A DNA stretch of 64,000 nt from Felis catus (taxonomy: Eukaryota): NCBI RefSeq assembly GCF_018350175.1, contig NC_058368.1, positions 10,354,001 to 10,418,000 on the forward strand. The letters are read 5' to 3'. The notes under the pieces are model-generated. The model was not told the origin of the DNA. It saw only the letters and a program-made list of their open reading frames with translations, and did not search any database. Positions 1 through 13,551 of the stretch are shown in pieces; position 1 is the first letter of the stretch; each line of letters begins with the position of its first letter. The position numbers were made by a program, and so were the translations under genes.

Positions 1-595
1 CTTTATAGCACAGCTTGTAAGAGTACCAGCCTTCCAGAGTTAGACTTTATGGGCTTTGATTCTGGCTCTAGATACTTATGAATTTGCCAGCTGTGAGGCC
101 TTGAGATAATTACTAAACCTTCTTGAGTTCCACCTCGTAGGTTGTATGTAATAACTGAGGATGTATGTAAACCACCAAACTTTATGTCCTTATTATGTGA
201 TATCTGGGTAATCTTCAAATTGTTATTGGGGCTTTGGTTTCATTTGTAAAAATGGAGATAACTATCTTTGTTGGGAGTTTGGAAGGATTACATATAAATA
301 CAACACCTACATGGTAGTAGGCATTCAACAAATTATAGTGGTAGTAATATTATTCAAGAAAAGCCAGCACCACAACTGCTATCTCAGCTCACGCTTCCAT
401 GAATGCTGAGTTGTACATGTTCATAGCCCCCTTTTATTTAATCAGTTCACCTTAACTAATTATTGGGACAGGTGAGTAGGGGCCGTATGAACTATCACAT
501 TATTATCTAATTAGATAATACGCTTATTATTTAATTAGAATCCTTGTTTATATTTATCCTATTTTACTATTTTATTTTGATTTATTACATTTTTA

Positions 596-814
596 TTTTT
601 TTAATTTTTTTACATTTATTTATTTTTGAGAGACACAGAGAGACAGAGCATGAGCAGGGGAGGGGCAGAGAGAGAGGGAGACACAGAATCGAAGCAGGCT
701 TCAGGCTCCGAGCTGTCAGCACAGAGCCTGACGCGGGGCTCGAACCCACAAACCGTGAGATCACGACCTGAGCCAAAGTCGGATGTTTAACCGACTGAGC
801 CACCCAGGCGCCCC
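596..814 (-). mobile_element. Can-SINE (tRNA-derived carnivore SINE)
   Basis: Ends ...gagccacccaggcgcccc (head on - strand); (GA)n and T-rich tail; 17-bp TSD gat[t/a]tattacattttta at 579-595 and 815-831. Confidence 0.93.
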
Positions 815-1949
815 GATATATTACATTTTTAATACACATAACTTCTCACACTATTTCTGTCATAGTGTCAGAAATTTTAGGCTCAAATAAAGAACAGACA
901 AAAATTATCCCAACACATCATTGCTAATTATGGAGCCAAAGGGAAACAAGGAATTAAGGTGACTTTATCCTAAATCTGCTAGCAGGTATCCTTGCAGTTA
1001 CTAGGGTTTTTCCCCCCATATTTGATGAGCAAGAGAGTCATCAACATTGGAAACAGAAATAGCTTCCCAAGAATAATAAAACAAAAATGCAAAGACGAAA
1101 GAAAAGCCCAAACAAAAATGCCATTCCGAGAGATCATGTGCTGTAAATATAAACAAACGTTGTGATGGGCTTCCTTAAAAGGAAGGAAGAGATGGGCAAA
1201 ACAATGGTCATGTAGGTAGAATAATGGACACGAAAGTGCCCATGATCTTCAACTTTTGGTGTGAGTCACTATTGTGGCTGCCTCTGTGTTCAGCCTGTGC
1301 CAGGTGCGGGGGGTTACAGAAGCAAAGAAAATTTGTTCCAAATCAGGAGGAGTTTTGCATAGCTTCTCTGTAGTCCCTGTGTATCTGAATGCTTAAACAC
1401 CTCAAATCTTGTCCATTTGAGTCTTTTCCAATATTTGCTTTCTAAAAGATTTTTTCTTCTCATATATTAACTTGAAAATTGTTCTTTGACAATTAGTTCT
1501 GATAAAACCTATTCTGTCTTAATTTTAAGTGATACTAGAAAGAATGATTACCTAAAAGTAGGAATGCATGGAAAAATCCTGAAGGAAATAAAGACTGGTG
1601 GGTTTTTTTTTTCCCTCCCAACTTACAAAGAATCACCATATAACAAATGTGGTTAGCAAAAACTCAAATTATAGGATAAAGTTCATATCTGCCCCTCCAA
1701 GCTTAGTGTGAACCACTTTCTCCTTGGAGGGCCAATGACCTCCTTTCGCTACCTCAAAGCTTTTGTGCACCCCGCCACCCCCAAGCTCTTCCTTGGGCTC
1801 TTGGCTAGGCCAGCTCTTTGTCAGTCTCCAAAACTGTGTTTGAATCTCATGTACAGAGAAAGTTTCTGAGTGCCCCCCAGTTAGGACATCACTCTTCCCC
1901 AAGAAACACCCAAGTGATTGTTTAGTTATTAAGGAGAAGCTGATGGCAG

Positions 1950-2370
1950 ACCTTGCAGCCAAGGGTAGTCACTGTTTGGTTTAAGCCAATCAGCACATTC
2001 CATTCTTCTTGGCCACAGTCATTGGTTTAGGGATGGGCACGTGACCTACATAGTCCACTCAGGTGATTCTCAGTGTTATTGCTTAGAACACTGGGATGTG
2101 AGTGTTCCATGGGTGCCCCATTCCATCTCCCTTGCCTTCCCATAGGCACCCTTAAGTGAGGTTATGAGACCGACAATTGTTATGATGGACCTTACTGCCA
2201 TGCTGGAAAGGAAGTTGGAATAGACACTTGGATAGATATTGGAGCCTGGGCATTAAGTCAATCCTGAGATCCATCCTATTTCTGGAGTTAGGTGAAACCA
2301 TATTTTTCCTCACTGTTTAGGCCAGCTTGACTTGGGAGTTTCTGTTATTTGCTGCTAAAAACATCCTAAT
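1950..2370 (+). mobile_element. Ancient MaLR LTR (MLT1-like), degraded
   Basis: MLT1-type motifs ttggtttagggatgggcacgtgacc and 3' end gtttctgttatttgctgctaaaaacatcctaa; boundaries approximate. Confidence 0.55.
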
Positions 2371-2677
2371 TTCCTCGGCAAGGTAGGTCTTCCTTGTCTA
2401 TACGATCGAAAACATCTTCTAGTTATTCTCTATTGCTATCCATTTATTTCCTTAACAATATGTACCACACTCTGAAATTAAATTGTTTGTTTACTTAGTT
2501 ATTTATTTGCTTATTTCCTCTCTTCAAATTGTGTGGCTCAGGAAAGCAGTGACCTTGTTTTTCTTCTTCACAGTGCCATAATGGATACTCAATAAATATT
2601 TGGTGAATTATCAGGAGACAGAAATACATCACAAACTTACTGGGAAAAAAGAGACATGTGTCAGCTTTCCTCTAACA

Positions 2678-2829
2678 CCAGGTTTCTCAACCTTGGCGCC
2701 GTTGACCTTTTAGGCCAGATGATTCTTTGTTGTGTATGGGCTGTCCTAGAGTGTTCCGCAGTACCACAGGTCTTTACCCACTAGCCACCAGCAGTAGGAA
2801 ATTAAATGTCCCTGATTGAGAACCATTGC
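2678..2829. mobile_element. MER20-like hAT-Charlie MITE
   Basis: Termini caggtttctcaaccttgg ... ttgagaaccattg; internal gattctttgttgtg..gggctgtcct matches recalled MER20. Confidence 0.7.
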
Positions 2830-4302
2830 TATCATATCTATAAGATTTTCACTTAAGCTTACCTGGCACCAAGATGCATAGCTGTTTTTGAGAGAAAATA
2901 GACTAACGTTTGATTCTGAACCCGGAGGCTAAGTCAGACTATGAATAAGTCAGACAGTTCCATCCAGTAGGCGAGGAGGGATCGTGTGTCTCCCATTTTG
3001 CTACAGGACATGCCTTGCTGCTGTGAACCGGGGCCCTGCCCATTCTGAGTGGTTGATTTTGCCTGTGATTGAGAAGTCTTTTTGTGATTATAAATTATTT
3101 CAGACAAATGTATGTGACTCCCCACTCTTCTTTGCCTTAGTTTCCTTACGTATGACCTAATAATTAGAATTCCTGCACTGTTACTGAACATTATTAAGCA
3201 ATTCTTATATCTATGGTTACCTTAGCCATTCTACTGTGGTAGAAATAAGAGGTTTCATATTTGGATAACTGGGATCATTGCTGCCCTGCATAATATTCTA
3301 ATTTTTCATCCTGAAATCTAAATTTGTAAGCCAGAAACAGATCCTCTTTTTTTTTTCCTTTTCTTTGTTTCTTCAGCGCATGTGAGAAAAAGGAAAGGAA
3401 GAAGAATTGGTACCCTATGTCTTCTCTTTTCTGAACTGTAATGGGGTAAATTCAAAGGCCTCGTAAATAAAGATGAGTCATTTCCCTGCCACTATTTGGA
3501 TTTGCCCTGTTGGAAGAAGTGCCTTCATTTTAGTGGGAAATAATCACCGAAGTGTTGGTGTTTTCCTGTGGTCGTTTATGTTTTTTCTGGTTTTTTTTTT
3601 TAATTAATTAATTAATTTATTTTTTTTATGCATCACGTAGATTCTGAGACCAGGATGTGTCTGAGTTCCAGAAAGGTTAGCATCTTTACAGATGCTGTTG
3701 TTAGATGGCACCTTAGGTTTATGGAACCCATGTATATTCAGTTTCCCGAATGAATTAATAATCCACTCAGGAGGGTGGGTTGTTTTCACTGGGCAAGTCA
3801 GACCGTTATTTCATTTGTGCCCAGTGAAATGAAATCCCTCTTTCTAGAGACTTCAGGAGAACCGGCTGCCTGATTACAAAGTCAGATCTTGGCAGAGATG
3901 GATATAATGACAAAAGGTCAGTTGTCTTGCGGTGGACAACTGGAATAATTGGAAAAGAGAGAGACATGAGAACTGAGAGTCATGCAAATTAAAGTTGCTT
4001 CTTAAAATTCACCAACAAAAAGAAGAAATAGCAAAAAGGCAGCAAAAAATGCTGCCAGTTCTGAACGATGAGGCACTCCAAAGTAATAGCACATGCCTTC
4101 CAACTGCTTTCTATATCAACAAACATAAGGTTTAAGGTATGAGTAAAGCATTGGAGAAGATGTATCCCTCCAACCTCCCAGAGACAGAAAAACACAATTA
4201 CTGGTAGGAACCTGAAACCGGCTATTTAGATTGTGAAATATTAAGTCTGTTTTTCCTGAGGAAGTTTGTGTGTCGTTTTCTTCTCATTAAAAAAAAAAAG
4301 CA

Positions 4303-4540
4303 GGGGCGCCTGGGTGGTGCAGTCGGTTAAGCGTCCGACTTCAGCCAGGTCACGATCTCGCGGTCCGTGAGTTCGAGCCCCACGTCGGGCTCTGGGCTGA
4401 TGGCTCAGAGCCTGGAGCCTGTTTCCGATTCTGTGTCTCCCTCTCTCTCTGCCCCTCCCCCGTTCATGCTCTGTCTCTCTCTGTCCCAAAAATAAATAAA
4501 CGTTAAAAAAAAAAATAAATAAAATAAATAAAAAAAAAAA
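4303..4540 (+). mobile_element. Young felid Can-SINE (SINEC_Fc-like)
   Basis: ggggcgcctgggtggtgcagtcggttaagcgtccgact head, (CT)n, A-rich tail; TSD aaaaaaaaaagca on both sides. Confidence 0.95.
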
Positions 4541-5687
4541 GCACACTCCACGAGTCTGTTACTGCGCTTTATTTTGCCCTTGCAAAGTCTCCCTTCTGAG
4601 GAGTTCACCCTTTCTTAACTGTTTTTAATTTTTTGACAGGTCAGTTTCTTCTCTTTGGTCTCTAAGGGAAGGAACAGGGTTAGCCCAGAACAAAAGGTTG
4701 GGAGTGTCTATAGTGCCTGACCCTGCCTTTTCATACCTGCCTCCAGCCTCCTCATTTACTATTGGTTGTGTCTCATACGTGGCCGAATGCAAGTCCCTGA
4801 CCTGCCTCTGCTAAGGGTCTTAACATATGCATGCTCTTTTCCTATTTGATTTCTCTTTGGCCTTCCAAAGGCTGAGAGACCTACCAGCAGAAGGCAGCCT
4901 CAGTCCTGCGAGGCAGTCAGAAAAGGGCCTCTTTCTCCCAGAACAAACCAGTACAGAACTTTATTTCGTCCGGCCCCACGCTGGCCGCGTTTGATCTTCC
5001 AATGGTCAGGACACCTCCTAAGGAAGAGGAAGGACCAACTATGCTTGTTACCCCTGGGGGACAGAGATGAAAGCAAAGGACATTTTTGTTCCTTGGGAGT
5101 ACAGGAAGCCCCACCCTTACTACTGTGATCTATGACCTATCCTTGGGGATCACATTTGTCCTTGAACAGAACTCTTCCCTGAGGGAGAGTTTATAAGTAA
5201 GAGAGTGTGAGGATGCTTGGCAGGGATGGTGGGAGAAAGACTGTAATATTAAGCACGGGGCTGTTTCCAAAACGGATAGCAAGGACCTTGTTGACTTTTT
5301 CAATAGTAGTGGGTCTCTAGGAAATTAATCACAATAAAATAAAACCAAAATGGCCAAAAACTTTGTGCTTTAAATATGTCCTTCCAGTTTACATAATTAA
5401 AATGCCTCTAAGCCTTCAGCTTGAAATGCTTTTTCTGCTAACTGGTCAACTTTGCACCTCGCTGATTACAGAGTAGCCCTTGGCTTCACCTACCAGTGGA
5501 TGAGCACCTTCAGTGTGCAAGGCCTTCGCTTTGTACGGAGGCCGTGATGGTGATCAGCCCACGTCCTTAGCAAACTGAAGGGGTTGCAGCTCTTGGAACT
5601 GAGCGTGGTAGGGTTCAGGGCCCCAGCAGCGGGGCTGTGGATTTGCCTTTACAGTGAGAGTCACAAGACAATCCAGCAGCGTCCGTG

Positions 5688-5900
5688 TCTGGAGTCAGAT
5701 GGACCTGGGTGTCAATCTTTGCATCTGCAACATCTCTTGGGCAAACTGCTATATACCTCACCTCTCCGAAAACGTTACCTGTGAAATGTGGGTGAGAGAT
5801 CCTACCGCTTCGTGTATCGTGGGGGCCAGTTAATTCAATAATGTAACATAAGCAAAGTGCCTGCCACAGAAAGGGAACATAACGGACAGCAGCTATGGCT
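5688..5900 (+). mobile_element. MIR fragment
   Basis: ctggagtcagatggacctgggt..tcttgggcaaactgct..ctgtgaaatg MIR core-like sequence. Confidence 0.55.
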
Positions 5901-8187
5901 GTTACTTCTTTGATTATTTAATCTCCTGGTCACCCGTGATGCTTCCAATTAGCTTCATTTCCCTCGTAACCCTTCCCCAGTAAGAGAACCTGAAACTCTT
6001 TACTTGTCCTCACCGGTCACAGAGCACTCCTCATACCGCATGGCTGCTCAGACGAGTACCCGTCCACAGATTACAAAATGTTAGATCTGTGTTCGTATCT
6101 TTGCAGATAATTCAAAACCAGAGAATCAGATTTTAGCAGGGAGGCTAAAAATGCCTCCTCTCCGCTGTCAGAGATTCTTAAGAACATTCTGAATATCACC
6201 GATTTTAACTTTGTCACTGTCTTGGAAAGATTAACTTTCTTTACGTTTACTTTTGTTACATTGTGCTTAGAGCCCTTTACCCACGGTTATTTTATCATGC
6301 ATTTTGTTTCTGCTTAGTGGATCGCTATAGTGATATTGTACGCCTTCTAAAGGAGGAGTCTAATACCAGCCACTAATTGGACTTCTGTCAGCCACCTGTG
6401 TTTGCCCCGCACTGGAAGTTTCCCCCAGCCTATTCACTCACCCATTCAACCACCAACTATTTGTGGAATTCTTCCCATGGAAAGTCATTATGTAAAAGTG
6501 TTACCGTTGATTTGAAAGATCACGATCAACAGAAAAAAATTTGCCCGCCTGCTGCGGCGAGGTTTTACATGGAAGGCTACAGGGAGGCCAGGGCTTGGGG
6601 ACCAGACAGAGCTTTATTCAAATCTTAGCTCTCTCAGTGTAACCCTGTGACTTCAGGAAGTAGCTGAAGCTCTCGGAGCCTCAGCTTTCCTCTTCACAAT
6701 GTGAATCTACCATCATTCACTCAATATGCATGTGCACTGGGTGCCGGGTATGTCTCCAGGCCATTTATCATGCTCGCTTGTTACCTTCTTACCCCAGTGC
6801 CATAGGGCTTCTGGCCAGCGGGTCCTCAACAAAAGCCATTTTGTCTTCTCCTGTCCTTCTAATTCATATATTCGTTTAATAAACCTTGGGCCAAGCCCTG
6901 TGCTAGGAAGCACTTTTTAAAGAAAAAAAAAAAGATAAAGACCACGCTTCAATTATCCCATGCAATCACTGTAACGACAGCACTGTGCATAGAAGCAGAA
7001 GCAGACTTGGGCCAAGGGCATGCAAGGGGGCGATACGGTAGATACACCTGAGCCGAGGTGAGGCGGCTGGGGGAAGGGTACTCTGTTTCTCTCCCAGAGT
7101 ATGCAAATACACAGAAGGTGAATGACACCTGTAGGGACAAGCAGGTTAGTATTTCTGAACTGCAGGGGTCGCAGTGAGGAACGAGCGACAATTATGTAAA
7201 AAACATAAGCACAACAGAGTGGTACGTACCAAAGATGTGTTTCCAGATGGTGCGTGGGTACTAAAAGGTCAGGAAGGGTTCCAGGGACCTCGTTGATGTT
7301 TGTAATAGCAATGGCTATCCAGGAAATTGATCGTGATAAAATAAAATCCATATGGCCGGACCTTTGTGTGTTTAAATATGCCTTTACAAACTGCATGATG
7401 AAAATGGCTATCAGCTTGCTCTTTTTTCAATTCCACACTTTCCTCATTCAGAGTGATTTGGATGAGGCCAATTCACAAGGCCGGGGCTTTTTAGAACATG
7501 CTAGAACCTGGGCTGGTTCACACAATTGGTTGGTGAAACCTGTAATAATACCAAAGTGGCACTTTGGGTCCCGACTGCTTCTGGAGGAGGGTGACCCTCT
7601 GCTCCCCTGACTGGGGTCATTCACTACGCATCTGATCCAACCCCAGTGGCTACCCCAAATAGGACCAGTGAGGGGCTTCGACTGGCTCACTTCAGACACA
7701 GCACCACAACAGCGAGGTGAGTGGGTGGATCACGAAAAGGAATTCTCTGGCAAAGCACCTGTGGGCTAAGAGCAAACCCCAATACATCTGAGACGAGGGG
7801 CGTCAAAGTGTGAATAAATTGTAGAAATGAAAATGCCCGTGTAGAAAGTAGGAATCCTAGAAATGTGAATTTATTCTCTTTGCCACCCAGGGGAGCCAGA
7901 GGCTCATGAAAATCTTACATGAAGCTGCCTAAGTTAAGAGCCACGGCATAGAAAAGGAGTATTTTAGTTTGAGCTTTTGCGGGCAACGCGAATCCAACCA
8001 GCCAACAAGCTGAAACTAAAAACGGGAAGTTGGTGATGCATGTAACTTGGAAGTCTCAGGGTGCCTATCTCACCCCATCTCCGCTTCAGGCTCGGCCATA
8101 TCCAGGGCCTCCAGTGAGCTTATCAGGACTTGCTCTGTCTTTGTACATCCGTCTCTCGGCTGAGCTCTGCTATGTGTTCCTTTTCTT

Positions 8188-8431
8188 TTTTTTTTTTCTT
8201 TTTATTTTTTTTAATTTTTTTTTCAACGTTTTTATTTATTTTTGGGACAGAGAGAGACAGAGCATGAACGGGGGGGGGGGGGCAGAGAGAGAGGGAGACA
8301 CAGAATCAGAAGCAGGCTCCAGGCTCCAAGCCATCAGCCCAGAGCCTGACGTGGGGCTCGAACTCCGGGACCACGAGATCGTGACCTGGCTGAAGTCGGA
8401 CGCTTAACCGACTGTGCCACCCAGGCGCCCC
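8188..8431 (-). mobile_element. Young felid Can-SINE (left unit of tandem pair)
   Basis: Full SINEC_Fc-like sequence ending ccaggcgcccc at 8431, T-rich tail. Confidence 0.95.
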
Positions 8432-8672
8432 TTTTCTTTTCTTTTTTTTTTTTTTTAATTTTTTTTTCAACGTTTTTATTTATTTTTGGGACAGAGAGAG
8501 ACAGAGCATGAACGGGAGAGGGGCAGAGAGAGAGGGAGACACAGAATCGGAAACAGGCTCCAGGCTCCGAGCCATCAGCCCAGAGCCCGACGCGGGGCTC
8601 GAACTCACGGACCGCGAGATTGCGACCTGGCTGAAGTCGGATGCTTAACCGACTGCGCCACCCAGGCGCCCC
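8432..8672 (-). mobile_element. Young felid Can-SINE (right unit of tandem pair)
   Basis: Second full copy ending cccaggcgcccc at 8672; the pair is flanked by one 17-bp TSD tatgtgttccttttctt (8171-8187, 8673-8689). Confidence 0.95.
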
Positions 8673-9789
8673 TATGTGTTCCTTTTCTTCTGTGATGGGG
8701 ATGAAGTCAGGCCCTGAAACTCCGGGTTGACAAGGTACTTACAGCTCAGGAGAGGGGAGCCAGTGGGGGGGGGGGCACACGTGTTTTCCAGAGAAGCTTC
8801 CAGGGCCCCTCTGGGACGGGTACCTTCTATTTCATCCTCGTTTTACAAATGCAAGTACAACTCTGTTGGATTCAGTGATTTCCCAAAGGACAGCTGGTAA
8901 CTGGTGGAGCCAGGTGTTAACTAGGGAAGTCCTCACTTGGTACAAAGGGGTGGGAAAGTGCAGGGGGAGGAGGCGCGGGGTGTGGGGCCAGCACCGGCTG
9001 GCAGGCTTGGGTGATAGAGGTAGTGGGTGTGGGTGCAGGCAACACAAGGAAATAGACCAAAGGGCTCCTGAGTAATTCCTTCCCGTCTCTTCAAGCGCCG
9101 CCTAAGGCACAAAATCCCTACCAGGCGAGTCCCAGAGAATGGAACCATGTTCATCCTGTTAGAGGCACAGGTTAATAATGCTGGTGCCGAGCAATTTGTG
9201 GGGATGGGATGGGGCAAAGCTTCTGGAGTGTAGGCGGGGCTGTACTCCCATCTGATCTCACACAGAGCAGATCCTAACCTCCCCTGGGGAAGGGGCACAG
9301 AGGGTCCCTGTTAATTGAGACCAAGTGGCTAAATCTTGCCAGAAAGTTTCCCTGGAGTCCAGTAGGGGTGAGAACAGCCCAGAGAAGTGTATCTCAGAGC
9401 CAGTGAGGGCAGGGGAGGGGGCTGACTGGAAGAACTGGGGATTAACTGTGTTTTAGAGAAAGCATAAACTATGAAGTGAGGTCTCTGGCAAACAAGGATT
9501 TGTGGCACGAAGTCCGTGTTCCAGGGCCTCCCTGAATTGAGGGCAATGTTCAGGAGTGTACTAGGTAATGGGGACATGAGGTAACACCCAGAGCACATAT
9601 GATCTGGAGACAGATGAAAGCTGAAACTAGAGGAAGCCAGGCCTTGCCCTTGAAAATTTAATCAGTCTGTGACTTGACTGTAGTTACTGTAGGATCACAG
9701 CCCAAGCCCTACAGTAATTGGTTTTATGCTATTTGGATTTCTTAGCTTCCTTTTCATTTTATCTAATAATTTTAAAATACCGTATTATG

Positions 9790-9983
9790 GGGGCGCCTGG
9801 GTGGCTCGGTTGGTTGAGTGTCTGACTTCCGCTCAGGTCATGGTTTCACAGTTTCTGAGTTCGAGGTCCGTATCAGGCTCACTGATATCGGCAAGGAGCC
9901 TGCTTCAGATCCTCTGTCCCCCTCTCTCTCTGCCCCTCTCTGCTTGCGCTCTCTCTCTGAAAAATAGATAAACCTTAAAAAAA
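9790..9983 (+). mobile_element. Can-SINE
   Basis: ggggcgcctgggtggctcggttggttgagtgtctgact head, (CT)-rich body end, A-rich tail. Confidence 0.9.
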
Positions 9984-10299
9984 TCACTGTATTCTGTTTT
10001 AGTTGTGTTTAAAGGAAAAGGAAAGAAAAAGAAAAAAGGACACACACCCACACGTAAGAGAGATTTTTTGTGGCTGTGTTAGGGTTGATGACATTTGGAT
10101 GGCACCTAGTATCCCCAGGTCCTGTCCTGTCCTTGAGTTTCTACAGAGAACAAAGTCAGGCAGAGACGATACCGTTATTGTTAGATTTTTGCTTCAAACC
10201 CTGTTGTAGAAATCTATCGGTGGTGAAGGAGATCCTTTTACGTGGCTAGTGGCAAACTTCATGGTCATCCTGGGCTTTCCCCCACGGATCCCCACACAT

Positions 10300-10533
10300 T
10301 CACTGCTCGATATTCATCCATTCAACATTGATTCTTTAAGTATCTACTACGTGCCAGGCACTGTTCTAGGCACTTGGTCTTTAGCAGTAAATAACACACA
10401 AAAAGCCTTGCCCTCATGGATCTTACTTTCTAACAGAGGGAGACAGAAAAAAAAAGAAAAGACAAAATGATGGCTTATGGTAAGCAGTGAGGAAAACTTA
10501 AACAGAATAAGGAGGGAACAGGTGGTTCAGGGG

Positions 10534-10576
<43 letters not shown>

Positions 10577-10955
10577 ATGCACATTTCTCCTTAAAACGGG
10601 GTGATAAAAGCACAGACCTGAAGGAAGTGAGGGGATGACATACAAATATCTGGGGAAAGGGATTCTAAGCAGAGGGAAAAACATATGCAAAGGCCCTGGG
10701 ATAGAAGCATGGTTAGCATGTGTATCAAGTAGCAAGAAGACCAGTGTGTCCTAAACGGAGTAGCAAAGGCAAAAGTGGTAGGAGAGGGGGTCAGAGAGGT
10801 CACTGGGATCATCTATGATGACATAAGACCTTATCGCTCACAATGAGATCTGTTATTTGCCTCTGAGTGAAATGCAAAAAGCTTTGGAGGGTTTTGAGTA
10901 GAGGAGAAACATGATATTCATGATTCCCAAAGGATCACTCTAGGTGCTGCAACAT
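10300..10955 (-). mobile_element. L2 3' region, interrupted by a (TG)n tract and followed by MER33
   Basis: cattcaac..tatctactacgtgccaggcactgttctaggcac..gccctcatggatcttactttcta is a typical L2 3' end; L2-like sequence resumes at ~11305-11390. Confidence 0.75.
10536..10575. repeat. (TG)~20 microsatellite
   Basis: Directly visible. Confidence 0.95.
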
Positions 10956-10962
10956 TCTAGAG

Positions 10963-11299
10963 CAACGTTGTCTGATAGAGATACAATATGAGTCGCAAAA
11001 ATGAGTCATAAATGATTTTTAAAAATGTTCTCGCTGCCACATTAAAAAGTAAAAAGAAACAAGTGAAAATAATTTTAGTATATTTAACTTAACCTAATGT
11101 CTAAATTATTAATAGTATAACGTATAATCAATATAAAATTATTATTAAGATAGTATGTACGTCTTTTAAAAAATATTAAATCTTTGAGATCTGGTATATA
11201 TTTTACTCTTACAGCACCTCTTAATTCAGCAGAGTCACATTTCAAGGGCTTAGTAGCCATTGAATACATGGCTTGTGGTTACCATTATGTGTAACACAG
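10963..11299. mobile_element. MER33-like hAT-Charlie DNA transposon
   Basis: gccacattaaaaagtaaaaagaaacaagtgaaa and tattttactcttacagcacctcttaattc..cacatttcaag match recalled MER33; flanked by ttctagag/gtctacac, similar to the Charlie target preference. Confidence 0.75.
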
Positions 11300-11869
11300 G
11301 TCTACACTATAGAGGGCAAGGGTGGAAACATGGCCTCCAGTTTGGATGTCCTTATGGTGCAGATGGGAGATAATGGTGAGGTGGCTGATACTAAGGACAA
11401 AAGTGCACCAAGGATGAGCAATCCTGAGAAATAATAACTTGTCCTCAAGGCATAGGCTAGAACTTGTGGAATAGCTCACTCCCACCCCCTGTAGAGAGAA
11501 TGAAGAACCGCATTGGGGCACAACCCCAGGCCAGACATATGACAAGACTTTGAAAGAGAAGAATCCAGAAGTAGACTTTATTCTCTGGCTTAGCATTGTA
11601 ATACTTTCCACATCACACTCTGTCATCCAGCAAATCTCCACCATGTCTTGATCCCCAAATTATTATGTAGACCTTGAACATCCTTTTTAGCACTCTTCTA
11701 TATGATGTGCCCTGGGATGGGGAGCAGGGGAGGCCATATTTTCCCCTCGAGGCCAGAAGTTCCTCATTTGAGTTCTTGGCTTATTAATCCCAACGTATTC
11801 AATGATCAGGCTGAGTCGACCATATTTCTATTGTTCTCCAGAGAGAAGGTTAGGGGAGAATCCGGAGTT

Positions 11870-12095
11870 CATGGGTCTTAGGCACTTTTGTCTTCATAAG
11901 CCCCTTTCCCCATAATAAAATAAAAAGTATAGTTTACTAAAGCATTGGTAAAAAGATGACTATATTAATATTATATGTGAAAACATTTTCTTTAACATGA
12001 AAGTTCTTTTTTTCTTCTGATTTTAAAAGAATATGCTGAAAGATTTGTGACCCCAGACCCTATGCCTGCTGTGCCTAATGGAGAACTTTACTCTG
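11870..12095. mobile_element. Probable ancient hAT-type DNA transposon remnant
   Basis: End motif ccctatgcctgctgtgcctaatgga..ctctg resembles Tip100-class termini; AT-rich interior; family uncertain. Confidence 0.35.
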
Positions 12096-12569
12096 GCCCC
12101 TTCCTGAAATTATCCTATCTTTTCTGAAAATCCCCCCAAATGTGGGTATTTGAGCCCCTCAGGCCTTTATGAGGTGGCTCCCACTTTCCTCTAAACTGGA
12201 TCAAGGTGAGATGTTGTTCTATCCAGGGTCATACTCTATAATAGGTTGAGAGTCATCCATAATTTATTTCCATGGCCAACTAAGTTTGTCTGGCAGGTTT
12301 ATATAGTGAGCTCGGATAGGAACCCAGCCCAGATAATACAATGCTAGTATATAAAATAACTCAACATTTGCATCAACGTATGAAACTTTAACTCTTTTAT
12401 TTCTCCCCATGAAGAAATTAAAGTTGAAGAGACAGACAGAAGATGTACTTTTTTTCATTCCCCTCTATTCTGTGCAATCCGGCCAGAGCAGTCACAGAGG
12501 GTTGGTGGATTCTGGATTCTTACTCAATTGCTCAGCCTAGGCCATCTTCAACATATTCTGTGGTAGTCG

Positions 12570-12900
12570 TTGGGTGGTTCCACTGTGGTTTGGTTCTCCT
12601 CCCTCCAAGCACATCATGGGATAGTGCTTTCCCTTTACATTTGGGCATGGCCATGTGATCTACTTTGGTCAACAGAATGGGAGTAGAAGTGTTATGTGTT
12701 ACCTCTTGGTGAAAGTCTTTAAGACAAAGTGTGCAAATTATTATGTTCTCTTTCCCTGCCATGGGTCCACCATGTTGCAGATGAAGGGGTGGAGGCCAGT
12801 GTCTGTGGGTGTGGACACCGTAGAACACCACAGATCAGAGGCCCCTGACATAGACAAATATTGTAAGCAAAAATAAGCCTTTTTTTTTTTTTTAGAGTAT
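12570..12900 (+). mobile_element. MLT1 (MaLR) LTR fragment
   Basis: gggcatggccatgtgatctactttggtcaacagaatgggagtagaagtg is a characteristic MLT1 motif. Confidence 0.7.
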
Positions 12901-13089
12901 TTGACAATAAACCGTAACTGGGGCTGGAATGAGTCCATAGTTGTATTTCTCCATTTCTAGATCTCCTTTGCGTCTCACTTCTCTAAAGTTCCCTGGGGTC
13001 AATATAAAACATAGGAATGTAACAACACACATTAATTGTAATAAAGTTTAATCATATTCAGTGGCCCACTTGTGGTGACCTTTCCTCGG

Positions 13090-13385
13090 AAGGATGACAC
13101 ATCCCCTCCCTCATATGTGGCTGTGCAACTTACTTTGCCCAATGAAATGTGAGCATAAGTGACGTATAGTTTGCCATATTTTTTCCTCTTCTGCTACGGC
13201 AACTGCCAATGTCCCAGGCAAAAGCTGTTCTATCACCTTGGGTCCCAGGGTCAAAATGACATAGAGCAGAGGTACAGCTGACCTTTGATAGGCATGTAGA
13301 GTGAGGGAAAAATAAATCTTTATTATGTAAGCCTCTGAGAGTTTGGGGTCATTTGTTACTGCAGCATAATATGGCATAACTCAAC
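13090..13385 (+). mobile_element. MLT1 (MaLR) LTR fragment
   Basis: gcccaatgaaatgtgagcataagtgacg and aaataaatctttattatgtaagcctctgagagtttggggtcatttgttactgcagcataa, an MLT1 3' end. Confidence 0.75.
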
Positions 13386-13551
13386 AGAAACTTAACTTCA
13401 AACCCATGAAATTTAGAAAACACCAGCAAATCATAGAACTGAATATTATCATTATTGGAGAAGAGGAATTTTCAGACCTTCTCATCATACTAGGCCTCCT
13501 TCCCCATAGCGGATGGTAACCCACATTTATTCTTATACTCAACTCTATTTT

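Noticed and set aside
4303..4390. tRNA-like A/B-box sequences at SINE heads
   Set aside because: tRNA-derived SINE heads followed by (CT)n and poly(A) with TSDs, not tRNA genes.
4241..4608. Recurrent ORFs such as GQRETEHERGRGRERGRHRIG and GAWVAQSVK (also at ~544, 8030, 24060, 31866, 34582, 44186)
   Set aside because: Translations of Can-SINE copies, not genes.
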